Positions 36,684 to 47,275 of a stretch of 64,000 nucleotides of DNA are shown piece after piece. Each line of letters begins with the position of its first letter. Position 1 is the stretch's first letter. The notes beneath the pieces were generated by a model. That model saw only the letters and a list, made by a program, of their open reading frames with translations, did not search any database and was not told where the DNA came from. Source of the stretch: a virus (Duplodnaviria > Caudoviricetes); the IMG/VR virus record IMGVR_UViG_3300008262_000001; one strand, written 5' to 3'. The translations under genes were made by a program, and so were the position numbers.

Positions 36684-38264
36684 TTATTCTAAGGCTTTAG
36701 TGTTCCTAAATTTGAGTTGTTCTAATTCATCCGAATCGAGAAAAGAATCTAAATCTGACCAAATATTTGATCCGTATTTTTTCTCTAATTTTTTCCAATC
36801 GTCATCAGACTTAATAACACTATTGTACCTTTTGATTGTTTCTTCTTCGTCCGAGTTGTATTTGTCCTTTTCCTCTTGTATGAATTTAGCTAATCCAGCA
36901 ATTTGTCCAGAATTATCTACAATTTCTGAATCTTCGTCACCAGTAGTATCAGTTGTAGTTTCTGTTGATTCTGCCCCAGTTACTCCTTCCTCTCCTGTTG
37001 TTGCAGCAAGAGCAACTTGTTCGGGGCTAATTCCGTTCATAGCGTCTTGTAATACCTTTTCATCGATATCATCAAGTTGAATAAGAGCATAAATGAATTT
37101 ACCTGCATTCATTTGTTCCCTCTCAGCTTTAGAGATAAAGTCTTTGTATTCATCATAGTCTGCAAAAACTTGACATCCAGCAGAGTAAGGGCCAACACAT
37201 ACACCAACACCTTTTGTGGAAGATCTATGGATTTGCATTCCACAGTCCTCAACAAAAACCTCTGCAGGTTTGTATGTTTCGTATCTAGTGACTCCTACTG
37301 GATATCTACCGACTTTGATTTTTTCCCCCTCCACCATCATCTTATATTTCTCATCACCTATTGACGAATCTTTTAAATAGTAGATGGTGTCTCCTGGGAT
37401 TTTGATTCCTGTACCCTTCGGATTTAATGGCTTTTTACCGTAAAATGCTAAACTTGGTACTGTTGTTATTTGGTAAGGAACAAATTTATCACCTAAGTTG
37501 ACATTAGTTGCAGTTGATCCTGCACCCAAAAAAGTAGCACCAGTTGTGCCAGTAGCAGCTGCTGTGGCTGCTCCTGTTACACCTTCAGTTTCACTTATGG
37601 AAAGTTTAGGCAGTGATAGATCCTTAGTGTTGTTAAAAGGATCTTTGTCACTCTCGTTCATTTTGGAAAATAGTTCGAAAGAAAGTACTTTTGATTCTTT
37701 CGGTCCTGTAGATGCAGTAGTATTTAGAGCAACTGGTGCACCAGTTGCTCCTGTTGCTCCAGCCGTAATATCACCTCCATCATCTGCATTTCCAGAAATG
37801 AAATACAAAGCATCAGTAAATCTGTCCTGATTAGCAGAATCTTTTTTGACATTTAATCTGTTTCTGATACCAATAATAACAGCTCTTTTTTCATCAAGCT
37901 CCTTTATTGCTCTAGAATACTCTCCAGCATTTTTATCCTCTAAATGTTTTAAAAGGATCTTAAAGGTTTTAACCGAAATTGGGGTTCTTTCCAATTTGAA
38001 CGGCTCACTGGCGCCACATCCTTTATAAGGTCTTGACTCCTTAACCTCCGGTGTTATTTCAATTGATGAATCAACTGAACCTGTTAATCCTTGGACTCCA
38101 CCAAATAGACCTTTTACTAAATCAGCTGCAATTCTTGATTTTGTTTCTCTTTCAGTTTCTGGTCTTCCTGTTCCACTATCATCAGTTGTGGTGGTAGATC
38201 CAGTTACACCAAAGGTGTCTTCATTTAAGAAATATTCATTGAAGGACAGTACAGATTTCTTCAT
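36684..38264 (-). CDS. Putative virion-associated peptidoglycan hydrolase (YkuD-like), paralog of 3123..3722
   Basis: IIGIRN, DRFTD, ITTVPS, QIHRS...PYSAGCQVF; leader MKKSVLSFNEYFLNE. Confidence 0.65.
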   Translation of the reverse strand: MKKSVLSFNEYFLNEDTFGVTGSTTTTDDSGTGRPETERETKSRIAADLVKGLFGGVQGLTGSVDSSIEITPEVKESRPYKGCGASEPFKLERTPISVKTFKILLKHLEDKNAGEYSRAIKELDEKRAVIIGIRNRLNVKKDSANQDRFTDALYFISGNADDGGDITAGATGATGAPVALNTTASTGPKESKVLSFELFSKMNESDKDPFNNTKDLSLPKLSISETEGVTGAATAAATGTTGATFLGAGSTATNVNLGDKFVPYQITTVPSLAFYGKKPLNPKGTGIKIPGDTIYYLKDSSIGDEKYKMMVEGEKIKVGRYPVGVTRYETYKPAEVFVEDCGMQIHRSSTKGVGVCVGPYSAGCQVFADYDEYKDFISKAEREQMNAGKFIYALIQLDDIDEKVLQDAMNGISPEQVALAATTGEEGVTGAESTETTTDTTGDEDSEIVDNSGQIAGLAKFIQEEKDKYNSDEEETIKRYNSVIKSDDDWKKLEKKYGSNIWSDLDSFLDSDELEQLKFRNTKALE

Positions 38265-38277
38265 AAATCTATATATC

Positions 38278-38604
38278 CTATTTGCTTTTCTTAATAATCA
38301 GGGATAAAAACGCAGCTAAAAAAGAAACAAGACCTGATCCGATGAATGAATATAATATTGGGTCTAATGATAATTGAAAATTATGCAAGGAGATTCTGGG
38401 ACTAAGTTCCTGTAATCCAGGCAATGCAAAATATAAAATCATAGATGTCCAAAAAGAAAAGCATTGGTAGCAATCCAAAAGATATCCAAAAAACTCGGAT
38501 TTAATTGTGACCCAATCTCTGAAATTTTGAAGGATTTTAGAAGCAACAACTATGTGAGTAAAACCCCAAACACTAAGTAGATAAAAAAAGAAAATGGATG
38601 TCAT
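38278..38604 (-). CDS. DUF1360-like membrane protein
   Basis: TM segments with CYQCFSFW. Confidence 0.65.
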   Translation of the reverse strand: MTSIFFFYLLSVWGFTHIVVASKILQNFRDWVTIKSEFFGYLLDCYQCFSFWTSMILYFALPGLQELSPRISLHNFQLSLDPILYSFIGSGLVSFLAAFLSLIIKKSK

Positions 38605-39632
38605 TGGAATATTTCGTTGTCTTTAAGTTCTAGTAAAAATTGTTTTTGCTCTTCAGTTAAGTTTTCAGGGATTTTCACATTAAGTTCAATCAAGAAATCT
38701 CCAATATTTCCAAATCCCATATTTGGGATTCCCTTTTGACTGAATCTAAGTACTGTTCCAGGAATTGTTCCAGGATCAACTACTGCCTTTAACTTTTCCC
38801 CGTTAGGCATTTCAACATCAATATTAGTTCCCAATGAAGCGTCAATAAAGCTGATGGTTCTTGAACTAATTAAATCTATTCCTCTACGAACAAAAGAATG
38901 GTCTTGAATCTCCTTCACTTTAATAAAAAGATCCCCGTTTCTTCCATTACCTTTACACTCGTTACCTTTACCTTCAACTACAAATTGCATCCCATCAGAA
39001 GCACCTGCAGGAATTTTTATGTCAACAATATCTTCAGTATCCTTTAGTCCAGACCCAAAGCACGTGTGGCAATTTTCTAAAACTACCCTTCCCGATCCTG
39101 AGCACGATGGACATGTTTGAACTGAATTTACCTGAACAAAACCATTAGTCTTATTAATGGTAATGAATCCAGATCCTGAGCATTGACCACAAGATATAAA
39201 AGAGGTAGAGTCATAAGCCCCAGTTCCTTGACAAGGTGAACATTTTTTACTTCTTTTTATTTTGATTTTCTTTTCAATTCCATTGAGGATTTCATTTAAT
39301 CCTATTTGAAGATTGATATTAAGAGAAGTTCCTTTTGTAAAATTCTGAGGGTTACCTCCAAATGGACCACTAGTAAATGGATTTCCCCAGTTGAATCCAT
39401 TGAACATATCCTGCAATGGATTTCCACCTTTTCTTGAAAAGTCGTACCTTTTTCTTCTCTCAGGGTCACTTAGATTCTCGTATGCTTCAGATATCTTTTT
39501 GAAATTCTCCTCAGCACCCTGTTCCTTGTTTCTATCTGGGTGGAATTTTTTAGCTAAATCTCGGTAAGCTTTTTTGATTTGATCATTGTCAGCTGTTTCA
39601 GGAACTCCTAATATTTGATAATAATCACTCAT
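38601..39632 (-). CDS. dnaJ: DnaJ chaperone
   Basis: J domain with HPD, four CxxCxGxG repeats, C-terminal domain. Confidence 0.96.
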   Translation of the reverse strand: MSDYYQILGVPETADNDQIKKAYRDLAKKFHPDRNKEQGAEENFKKISEAYENLSDPERRKRYDFSRKGGNPLQDMFNGFNWGNPFTSGPFGGNPQNFTKGTSLNINLQIGLNEILNGIEKKIKIKRSKKCSPCQGTGAYDSTSFISCGQCSGSGFITINKTNGFVQVNSVQTCPSCSGSGRVVLENCHTCFGSGLKDTEDIVDIKIPAGASDGMQFVVEGKGNECKGNGRNGDLFIKVKEIQDHSFVRRGIDLISSRTISFIDASLGTNIDVEMPNGEKLKAVVDPGTIPGTVLRFSQKGIPNMGFGNIGDFLIELNVKIPENLTEEQKQFLLELKDNEIFQ

Positions 39633-39766
39633 TTTTTAGATTTGAAAAAAGAAGAAATTTTTCCTAGGATCCGGTTAATCTCCAATAAGAGGACTACGAA
39701 ACAAAGAAAGATAAAAGCTAGAATGCCTCCAACTACAAAGAAAACATAAGAAAATAATTTTCTCAT
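39629..39766 (-). CDS. Small membrane protein (45 aa), not in the ORF track
   Basis: Manually translated; hydrophobic; ATGA overlap with dnaJ. Confidence 0.45.
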   Translation of the reverse strand: MRKLFSYVFFVVGGILAFIFLCFVVLLLEINRILGKISSFFKSKK

Positions 39767-39767
39767 G

Positions 39768-39980
39768 TTAGGCTTCAGGATATTTCTGCATTAAGTAGTT
39801 AAGAAAACTTTGAAGTTTCTCTTTATCCAGTAAATCCTCAAAAACTAAATTCAAATTACCAAGATCCTCCTTGATCTTACAATTAGGAAAATTTTCCTCA
39901 ATTGATTCCTGAATTGAGACTAAGTAAATTTCGTTCTCTGGGATTATTCTAGAGTTGGTTAAATCGAGTTCGTCTGACAT
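39768..39980 (-). CDS. Hypothetical protein
   Basis: 70-aa acidic ORF. Confidence 0.6.
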   Translation of the reverse strand: MSDELDLTNSRIIPENEIYLVSIQESIEENFPNCKIKEDLGNLNLVFEDLLDKEKLQSFLNYLMQKYPEA

Positions 39981-40002
39981 TATTAATTTTCTTTATATTA
40001 TT

Positions 40003-40803
40003 TTATATTCCGATATATGTAAAAATTTCTCCGTCAACCAAGCATATTTTTATTGGCTTGATGTTTTTGGAGATATGTTTTAGTTTTTGTAATTGCTTAG
40101 GATTGGATTTTTCATTCTTGCTGTAACTGGATTTTCCCATTAAAACATCATAGGTGAAGGTAGATTTTACTTCAACGTAGAAATCTTCAAATTCAAAATC
40201 TGGTGTATATGTACCATATTTTGTTTTAATTGAAGATGTAGGTTTTTTTGGAAGATCTAAATTATTTTCGATAAGAATCTCTATATATTTTTTCTCCGCT
40301 GTTCCGTAACATTTTAATCCACCAACTAGAAATTCTTTACATCTTCCTGGGCCATTATGGTAGCTCCCGTTATTTTTCTCTATCCTTGAATTAACCTGTT
40401 TTTGTTTAATCTCTTTTGCATCTTCCCTTTTTGACCAATTTTTATCTGATAATTTTTTCCTTAACTCATCTTTAAATATTGAATCCTTCCATCTTTCCCT
40501 AGTTGTCTCAGAGCATAATTTTTTCCACTGCTCTTTTTCATCATCAGATTTTCTTTCATATAGCTTCTTATTAGTATTTGATATTTTTTCGTTTATTATA
40601 TTTTTTTCAGCATCGGACAATTCCGAAAGATATTTCTTCCTAGAATTTGAGGCTTTAATTCTAAGTTCGTCGTTTTCCCAAATTTTTGATACAGCGCATT
40701 TTTTACACAATGAACCTTTTCTTTCAGCTCTTTTCAAAAAATACAAACCCGAATAAGTTATTTCACTGTTACAAGAGGGACAATTTCTTCTGATTTTTTC
40801 CAT
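40003..40803 (-). mobile_element. Free-standing putative homing endonuclease: Zn ribbon, basic NUMOD-like region and PD-(D/E)XK domain
   Basis: CPSC...CKKC; YTPDF....YVEVKS. Confidence 0.7.
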
Positions 40804-40844
40804 ATGGTATCTATCAGAAATTATCTTTTAATTTACCATCAAAT

Positions 40845-41759
40845 TCAATTGAATTCTTTTAGATATTTAAGTAGAGCCAAATCCTTCATTTTTACCTCCA
40901 ATTCAATTGACAATTCAAATCCATGTGTCTCTATTTTCTGATGTATCCAATCGGAATGTGCAACCTCTTTAGAACTTGAATCCTCAAATAATTTTCTGGA
41001 ATCCGAATAATGGACTAATGGAGTAAAATCTTTCCACGTAGAAACACATATTGATAGCGAATCGTATTCTGTTAGTCCTGAAGGGGGATTGCAAATATTA
41101 TGTAAATAATCAAATGTGATTGGTATTCCTATTTTTGAATGCACAAGATTCATAAGATCTACTGATGTAAATTGTGATTTTTTATCATCAATCTCTACAA
41201 CCAATCTGCTTTTTACATTGTGTGGTAAATCGAGATATATTTTACAAAACCTTTTTGCAGATTCTTGTTTAGTTGGTTTTGTTGTATTAATATGAATATT
41301 GATTGGGTATTCGTAACTTTGATCCAGACCCATTAAATCCATAATCTGAGCATGCTGATTGAGCTCCTTTATTGATTTTGTAACTACATCAGCTCTTTCT
41401 GAAGCTATAACACAATAAGGTGAAGGATGAAAACTTAAACGTTGGTCTAAGGACTTAGATAAATCCCCAGCTTTTTTCAGTGTTATCATTATTTCTTTGA
41501 AATCTGGAAGATCCTCTAATTCATATTCCGAACACCAAGGGAACATATCAGAGCTCATTCTGTACATTCTAATCCCAGATTGTCCATTAAACTCGATAAT
41601 TTTTATGAGATCCCTAACATTTCTAAGAGCAAGTTCTGAAACATAGACCAAACCCCTTTCTAAGAATGTTCTTTTAACCATTCCTCTATTTGTGGTTACG
41701 CCTTGATCTTCTAATGATAAACAGAGACAACAATATCCCATTCTTGGTTTATAATCCAT
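40845..41759 (-). CDS. uvsE: UV damage endonuclease UVDE
   Basis: MGYCCL, YRMSSDMFPW, RLSFHP, INIH, DYLH, HYS, AHSD, ELEVKMKD. Confidence 0.93.
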   Translation of the reverse strand: MDYKPRMGYCCLCLSLEDQGVTTNRGMVKRTFLERGLVYVSELALRNVRDLIKIIEFNGQSGIRMYRMSSDMFPWCSEYELEDLPDFKEIMITLKKAGDLSKSLDQRLSFHPSPYCVIASERADVVTKSIKELNQHAQIMDLMGLDQSYEYPINIHINTTKPTKQESAKRFCKIYLDLPHNVKSRLVVEIDDKKSQFTSVDLMNLVHSKIGIPITFDYLHNICNPPSGLTEYDSLSICVSTWKDFTPLVHYSDSRKLFEDSSSKEVAHSDWIHQKIETHGFELSIELEVKMKDLALLKYLKEFN

Positions 41760-41772
41760 AGTACAAAAATAA

Positions 41773-42522
41773 TCAAAAATTCTTAAGAGATTGGATGATT
41801 TTGAATCTTTCTCTTGCGTTGAGATTGTCTAAGTTGTCTTTCCCAGTGGATCTACGCAAAAGCTTTTTAAACTTAGCAGGATCAGAAGTTGCTCCTGCTT
41901 GGGCTGCAAATTCTCTAACATCTCTTCTTGAAGGAACTAAATCAACAACCCAAACTTTAATTGGAATGTTATATTGCAAAGCCAAGTTTATTCTTCTATT
42001 TCCAGAAAACAAATAATAGCTTGATTCAGAGGATGTTCTTGTTTCACCAAAGTTGATAAATCTAATGACTATCGGAGCAGGAAGATTTAAAGATCCATCA
42101 TTTTTAAGATCCTCCGCAATTTTAATTAAAACATCTCCATATGATTTACCGTAAGCTCCTGTGGTTATGTTATCAAATTCAAATGCCATCAAGTTCTGAA
42201 TTTTGTTGACATTAAATTCATCATCTGATATAATAGGAAGATTCTCATAATGACCCTTCTTAAAAGGCTCAGAGATGTATTTATAGAACTTTGTTGCTCT
42301 TGGGCTAACCTTACCTATATCTTTGTTACCGATCGTGATGTTATGCTGATAGAATTCAAGTTTTGCTTTATCATCATAATGATCTATTTCTTCAGCAAGA
42401 TCTGGTTTTTCCCAATTAATAACAAGGTTACCTTGTCCCTTTTGACCACTGAAAACCTTAGGAGATTCTCCTGTGTTTTTTTCTTCTTGTTCGACAACAA
42501 ATTGGTTTAGACGTAAGATCAT
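41773..42522 (-). CDS. Hypothetical protein, possibly ParB/Srx-like fold, with a capsid-targeting-like leader
   Basis: PAPIV...LFSGNRR; GATATATA at 42528. Confidence 0.65.
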   Translation of the reverse strand: MILRLNQFVVEQEEKNTGESPKVFSGQKGQGNLVINWEKPDLAEEIDHYDDKAKLEFYQHNITIGNKDIGKVSPRATKFYKYISEPFKKGHYENLPIISDDEFNVNKIQNLMAFEFDNITTGAYGKSYGDVLIKIAEDLKNDGSLNLPAPIVIRFINFGETRTSSESSYYLFSGNRRINLALQYNIPIKVWVVDLVPSRRDVREFAAQAGATSDPAKFKKLLRRSTGKDNLDNLNARERFKIIQSLKNF

Positions 42523-42547
42523 TTAACTATATATCTTTTTTTCAAAT

Positions 42548-44329
42548 CTAATTTGATAGCCATTTTTTTCTAGCATCAGAGGAATCCCCAAATGCCATTT
42601 CAAGCTTCTCTTTGCTATCAGAACTTTCTTCTATAATCCATAAGGATTTGTCCTTCATAACCCATTCCCAGTCATCCAAAGCTAACGATCCTAATCCTTT
42701 AAGGTATCTTGCCGTTCCGGATGGCTTAGATCTTTTAAACTCGTCTAAATCCCAAAAGTATTTTCTTTTCTTTCCATCACCTATTGACACCAAAGGAATT
42801 CTTAATGAACCTAACCTTTTATTTTTAACGACCATAGGAAACCACTTGTAAAAAAGATTGATCAAAAGAGCTGTTATGTGTGAACCATCTGGGTCGGGGT
42901 CAGTAGCAATTACTATTTTTTTATAGCCAATTATTTCAGAGTTTCTGGAAGTGGGGTCTAATCCCAAAATGTGCATGAGCTCAAGAATCTCCTTGTTGTC
43001 TGATAAATCCCCTATGTTTTTACAATTTTTTATTTTCCCTTTCAGGGCATAGACACCATCTTCCTTAGGATTTCTCTTCTGTAAAATACTTCCCATAGCT
43101 GAAAGTCCTTCAACTATAAATAGATTTTCGGCAACCGATCTTTGAGCAGGAAAATATTTATGAGAATTTTTGATGTTGACCTTTCTTTTCTCTGCTCTAA
43201 GTTTTTTTACGTAGCCATCATTTTTCCTTTCCTCAACTTTCTTTGAAATTCTATCATAAAGAGGGGTTTTAAAAAATGTTTGTAACTTAGAACCAAACTT
43301 CGACATTAAAAGGGATTCAATTTCTTCCCTTGTAGTAACAAATCTTGTTTTATTCTGGTCACCGAACTTAACATATTTAGGTGGCAAGTTTAAGACTATT
43401 AAACAATCATAGAAATGATGCCCTAGAGTGTCTTCCAATCTTTCATTTACAAAATCATTGACTATTTTTTGGTGTATTCCTGAACAAAGGGCAGAATTCA
43501 CAAAACTTAAAGAACCCGATCCTTCATACTTTTCCCAAATTGAAATCTGTCCAATTTCTGTGTTTATTTTAAAAGACTCTTCTGGTAAGAAATCAAGATC
43601 TAGATCTACCTTTTCTTCATCCCAAAAAAGATCGATTGAGAGCTTATCCAATATGGGATCTCTTTTTATTAAATCATATTTTAGAATCAATATTGAGGAA
43701 AGAACTTCCCTATCCCATTTAGATCCGCCAAATACATCAGAAATAGGAATGAACTTCACAGTTGTTCCTGTCTTGGTAGATTCTTTTTTCTTTTCAATAA
43801 CAGGATCATTTGATTCGTAGTTTTTCCATTCTTGATAATAGGAAAATTTGTCATTTGTTGTTGATATGCTAAAATGTTTGGAAAGTACATTGACCAAGGC
43901 TACACCCATTCCATTTGTACCCACTAAAGATTCTTCTACATCATCGTTTTCAAAATTCGATCCAGCTCTTAATTGAGAAACTGCAGTTTCAATATTGCTT
44001 TTACCACTTGTTGAATTAATTTCTGTTCCTTTATAAAAGCCATTTCCTGTATCCTCTACAGAAACTGAATTAGATTTAGTGTCAATCTTGATAAGGATCT
44101 TTTTCATCTTACCTCCCATCCTTTTGGCTTCATCTAATGAATTAGAAAAAACTTCATCGAAAAGTTTATACATTCCAACAGAGATTGACCTTTGTTCTAC
44201 AAAAACCTTATTCTGTTTGATTATGGGAACTTTTTCATCTGTTGGTTTAACACTTCCAACATAGACAGTTGGCCTTAATAAAATGTGATCCCTTTCAGAT
44301 AAAACTCGAATTTCCTTTTTCGAAGACAT
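42548..44329 (-). CDS. Type IIA topoisomerase B subunit (GHKL ATPase + Toprim; fused T4 gp39/60-like); start probably 44329
   Basis: HILLRPTVYVGS, EVFSNSLDE, GTNGMG, VEGLSA, ATDPDPDGSHI, YLKGLGS. Confidence 0.94.
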   Translation of the reverse strand: MSSKKEIRVLSERDHILLRPTVYVGSVKPTDEKVPIIKQNKVFVEQRSISVGMYKLFDEVFSNSLDEAKRMGGKMKKILIKIDTKSNSVSVEDTGNGFYKGTEINSTSGKSNIETAVSQLRAGSNFENDDVEESLVGTNGMGVALVNVLSKHFSISTTNDKFSYYQEWKNYESNDPVIEKKKESTKTGTTVKFIPISDVFGGSKWDREVLSSILILKYDLIKRDPILDKLSIDLFWDEEKVDLDLDFLPEESFKINTEIGQISIWEKYEGSGSLSFVNSALCSGIHQKIVNDFVNERLEDTLGHHFYDCLIVLNLPPKYVKFGDQNKTRFVTTREEIESLLMSKFGSKLQTFFKTPLYDRISKKVEERKNDGYVKKLRAEKRKVNIKNSHKYFPAQRSVAENLFIVEGLSAMGSILQKRNPKEDGVYALKGKIKNCKNIGDLSDNKEILELMHILGLDPTSRNSEIIGYKKIVIATDPDPDGSHITALLINLFYKWFPMVVKNKRLGSLRIPLVSIGDGKKRKYFWDLDEFKRSKPSGTARYLKGLGSLALDDWEWVMKDKSLWIIEESSDSKEKLEMAFGDSSDARKKWLSN

Positions 44330-44486
44330 TAATTGATTCTTTAAGTATTGAAATAAAAATACCTCTGTACCATCCGCACACCTCGTTGTCATCTTCTTTT
44401 TGGAAATGGAAATGATCTAAGTCTATCTCCCTATCGCTCCAATCGGATTCAAACAATGACATTTTTGATCTGCACTGATATACCAT
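44295..44486 (-). CDS. Possible small hypothetical protein
   Basis: 63-aa ORF filling a gap but overlapping the topoisomerase start by 35 nt. Confidence 0.4.
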   Translation of the reverse strand: MVYQCRSKMSLFESDWSDREIDLDHFHFQKEDDNEVCGWYRGIFISILKESINVFEKGNSSFI

Positions 44487-44518
44487 AAGATTTTAATACT
44501 TAAAGAAGGAAAAGTTTC

Positions 44519-44899
44519 TTAAAAGTGCCTGTAAATCAAGCCTTCATTGATATTATTCCTTTTGCAAGTTCCTCCCAAAAGTTCCACCACAGTATCAGCA
44601 GAATCACAACTGTATTTTAAACAATCATCAGATAAGCAGGGCTCACAGTTGTGATAAATTTTTTTGACTTTACCCTTTTCTATAAAAAGAATATCTAATG
44701 GAATTTCACAATCTTTCATGTGAAATGATCTATTTGCATTGGCCCCAAAATTAAAAAGCATCCCCTCATTATCGAGGAGATGCTTTCTGTTGGATAGGCC
44801 TTGGGGAAAGTCTTTACATTCTTCTAAAACAAAAGTGTGTTCCCCTATTTTTACTAAATGGAAATCTAAAACTTTATTATCTTCTTGAGAATTTATCAT
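44519..44899 (-). CDS. DUF192 family protein
   Basis: GLS.R..L....GMLF, FHMK....PLDILF, VVELLGG. Confidence 0.88.
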   Translation of the reverse strand: MINSQEDNKVLDFHLVKIGEHTFVLEECKDFPQGLSNRKHLLDNEGMLFNFGANANRSFHMKDCEIPLDILFIEKGKVKKIYHNCEPCLSDDCLKYSCDSADTVVELLGGTCKRNNINEGLIYRHF

Positions 44900-45378
44900 T
44901 TGATAAAAACTTCATCAACATTATCAGGATCGATTTCTATTACTACGTTTTTATTCTTCATTGAGTATGGAATTCCAAGAATTACTCCCTTTACCATATC
45001 AACTTCTTTGACTATAAATTCAGAATCTACAAAAATGTTTGATTCCATATCTTCGTCTTCATCTTCAAATCTATCTGCAAATTCATCACCTTCTTCAGGC
45101 TCTACTTCAGTTGGCTTAGCTCTCATGCCCATTTCTGCATAAAGATCTTTTATGTATTGTGGTGCATTTTTACCTTGAGAAGGAATTTCTGCAATGAGAG
45201 TAACTTCTTCTAAGTCCCCAGTCATTACTTGCCCTAATAGATCCTGAAGTTCTGGAAGAAGTCTATTTCTTTTTATAGTTCTTTCTGAATTGAAATCTGT
45301 ACCTCTATATAAAGGAATTCCTGACTCATTGATTGAGTTTGATTCATTTACAAATTGTATAAATCTTAAGATTTGCAT
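44896..45378 (-). CDS. Hypothetical acidic protein with a capsid-targeting-like leader (start probably 45378)
   Basis: MQILRFIQFVNES; GATATATA at 45396-45403. Confidence 0.72.
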   Translation of the reverse strand: MQILRFIQFVNESNSINESGIPLYRGTDFNSERTIKRNRLLPELQDLLGQVMTGDLEEVTLIAEIPSQGKNAPQYIKDLYAEMGMRAKPTEVEPEEGDEFADRFEDEDEDMESNIFVDSEFIVKEVDMVKGVILGIPYSMKNKNVVIEIDPDNVDEVFIK

Positions 45379-45403
45379 TTTATAACTTTTTGAGTTATAT
45401 ATC

Positions 45404-46618
45404 TCAAGATTCAACTGGTTCTGCTACTTCTGCTGGTTGAGGGGTTAAAGACTTCGAATAGAACTCCATATTTTTAGCAATTCTATCCTTCTCGTTTTGA
45501 GGAAGAGCAGCATAAATAGGACTGTTCATAATGACAGCTGTTGTTTTGTATGCCTCTTCAGCGTTTCCATTATAAAATGCTAAAACAGAATATTCATCGG
45601 GCATTCTCCATCTCCAAATGTCATCTTCTACAAATAGGATGTCAGAGCAAGGTCCAGTTTTCATACCAATTGAAGAGAGAGCAAAAGCAAGAGCATATCT
45701 CTTCTTAACACCTAAGAATTTGATCAAGTGATATAAGGCTTCAAGTCTATTAGGACGGTATTCCCAAGCTGAAAGGTAGGCGTCGATGACTTCTGCATCC
45801 GGTGCTTCGATACCTTGCTTTTGTCTTGCTATCCAATATTTAGAAATATAAACTTCTTCGTTCCAGCCACCTAGATCAACTCTTCTTTGGTATGCCTCAA
45901 TGGATCTGTCTGCCATTCCTGCATCTCTATAACTTTGAGCCATGTAGAAAACATATCTTCTCTCAAGGTCCATAGGCATGTTTTCTTTTGGTGTGGTTAC
46001 CAAGGCCTTTTCAAAAATCAAAGCATCATTATAATATTTGTCTTTGCCCTTGATATCTCTGTTGTGTCCAGAAACTGAAGCGTGCATTTCAACACCTTCC
46101 AAAAAGTCCTCTTCAAGTTGTACACCCTCTGGACCTGAAATGTATTCGTGTAGAACTCCGACGTATTTCCAATCTTGATCTCCTCTTACTATTTGAGTTC
46201 TGTAATAGGCTAAAGAGTTAAGTCTGATTTTAACCTTGTAGCAATCCTTTGTAAGATTTTCAAAAGGTGATTTAGTATCATCAACCACTAAAACATCATC
46301 AGCATCAATTACCAAACGATAATCGGCTTTTCCTTTTGAATAGGCAAGACTTTCTGTTCTATTGTGACCATAATCTACCCAAGGTCTTTCATGAAGTTCC
46401 CCAGGAATCCCACATTCTTTCATGTAGTCTTTGATGATGTCCTGAGTTCCATCTGTAGATCCAGTGTCTACTATTACCCAATGATTGATGTGGGCTTTAA
46501 CTGAATCTATACATCTTTTAATAACTTGTGATTCATTTTTTACTATCATCACAAGACAAACTGAGGGCTTCTTTTTAGGTTCCTCCATTACTCCATCTTC
46601 TGTTTTTTTACGGCTCAT
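45404..46618 (-). CDS. GT2 family glycosyltransferase with TPR-like C-terminus
   Basis: CLVMIVKNE, VDTGSTDGT, IDADD, VLHEY. Confidence 0.9.
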   Translation of the reverse strand: MSRKKTEDGVMEEPKKKPSVCLVMIVKNESQVIKRCIDSVKAHINHWVIVDTGSTDGTQDIIKDYMKECGIPGELHERPWVDYGHNRTESLAYSKGKADYRLVIDADDVLVVDDTKSPFENLTKDCYKVKIRLNSLAYYRTQIVRGDQDWKYVGVLHEYISGPEGVQLEEDFLEGVEMHASVSGHNRDIKGKDKYYNDALIFEKALVTTPKENMPMDLERRYVFYMAQSYRDAGMADRSIEAYQRRVDLGGWNEEVYISKYWIARQKQGIEAPDAEVIDAYLSAWEYRPNRLEALYHLIKFLGVKKRYALAFALSSIGMKTGPCSDILFVEDDIWRWRMPDEYSVLAFYNGNAEEAYKTTAVIMNSPIYAALPQNEKDRIAKNMEFYSKSLTPQPAEVAEPVES

Positions 46619-46666
46619 AATTTTTTATTTTAATTTTGATCTTAGACTTTATACGGGGAAAGCTAA

Positions 46667-47260
46667 TTAAATTTCATTCAAACGATCAAAAATATCATCT
46701 GTTATGTGTTCCAATTCTTGTGTTCCGTCTATTTTATAGAAGGATTTAGATTTTCTCATGGATTTTATCATAGGAGATGTTTTTTCTTGATACTCATCCA
46801 TTCTTTTTTGGAAAGCTTTAGGATCAGCATCATCTGCTCTGCCTGAAGTTTTAGATCTTTCTTTGATTCTAGCTTGTAAAGTCTCCTCAGGAACTTCTAA
46901 ATAGAATATATTTACTATTTCCAGTCCATGATCCTCACAGATTTTTTCAAAGAATTTCTTCTGATCCAAGTTTCTTGGATAGCCATCGAAAATGAATCCA
47001 CTTGAATCTTGATTAGAACTTATAAATTTGCTAAGCTCTTCTGCAACAATATCATCTGGAAGTAATTCCCCGGTCTTCATCATGCTTTTAATTTTGGAAC
47101 TTTGAGAATCTCTCAATATTTCACCAGTTGAAACATGTAAGTATCCGGTTTTATTTGATAAAATTTCGGACTGAGTTCCTTTACCACACCCAGGAGGTCC
47201 AACAAACAAAATGCACGGTTTAGACTTCCCGGAAAATTCACCGAATTTTTTAATCTTCAT
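46667..47260 (-). CDS. adk: Adenylate kinase (short LID)
   Basis: GPPGCGKGTQ, HVSTGEILR, FDGYPR, GRADD. Confidence 0.94.
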   Translation of the reverse strand: MKIKKFGEFSGKSKPCILFVGPPGCGKGTQSEILSNKTGYLHVSTGEILRDSQSSKIKSMMKTGELLPDDIVAEELSKFISSNQDSSGFIFDGYPRNLDQKKFFEKICEDHGLEIVNIFYLEVPEETLQARIKERSKTSGRADDADPKAFQKRMDEYQEKTSPMIKSMRKSKSFYKIDGTQELEHITDDIFDRLNEI

Positions 47261-47275
47261 ACCAATAATTATTTC

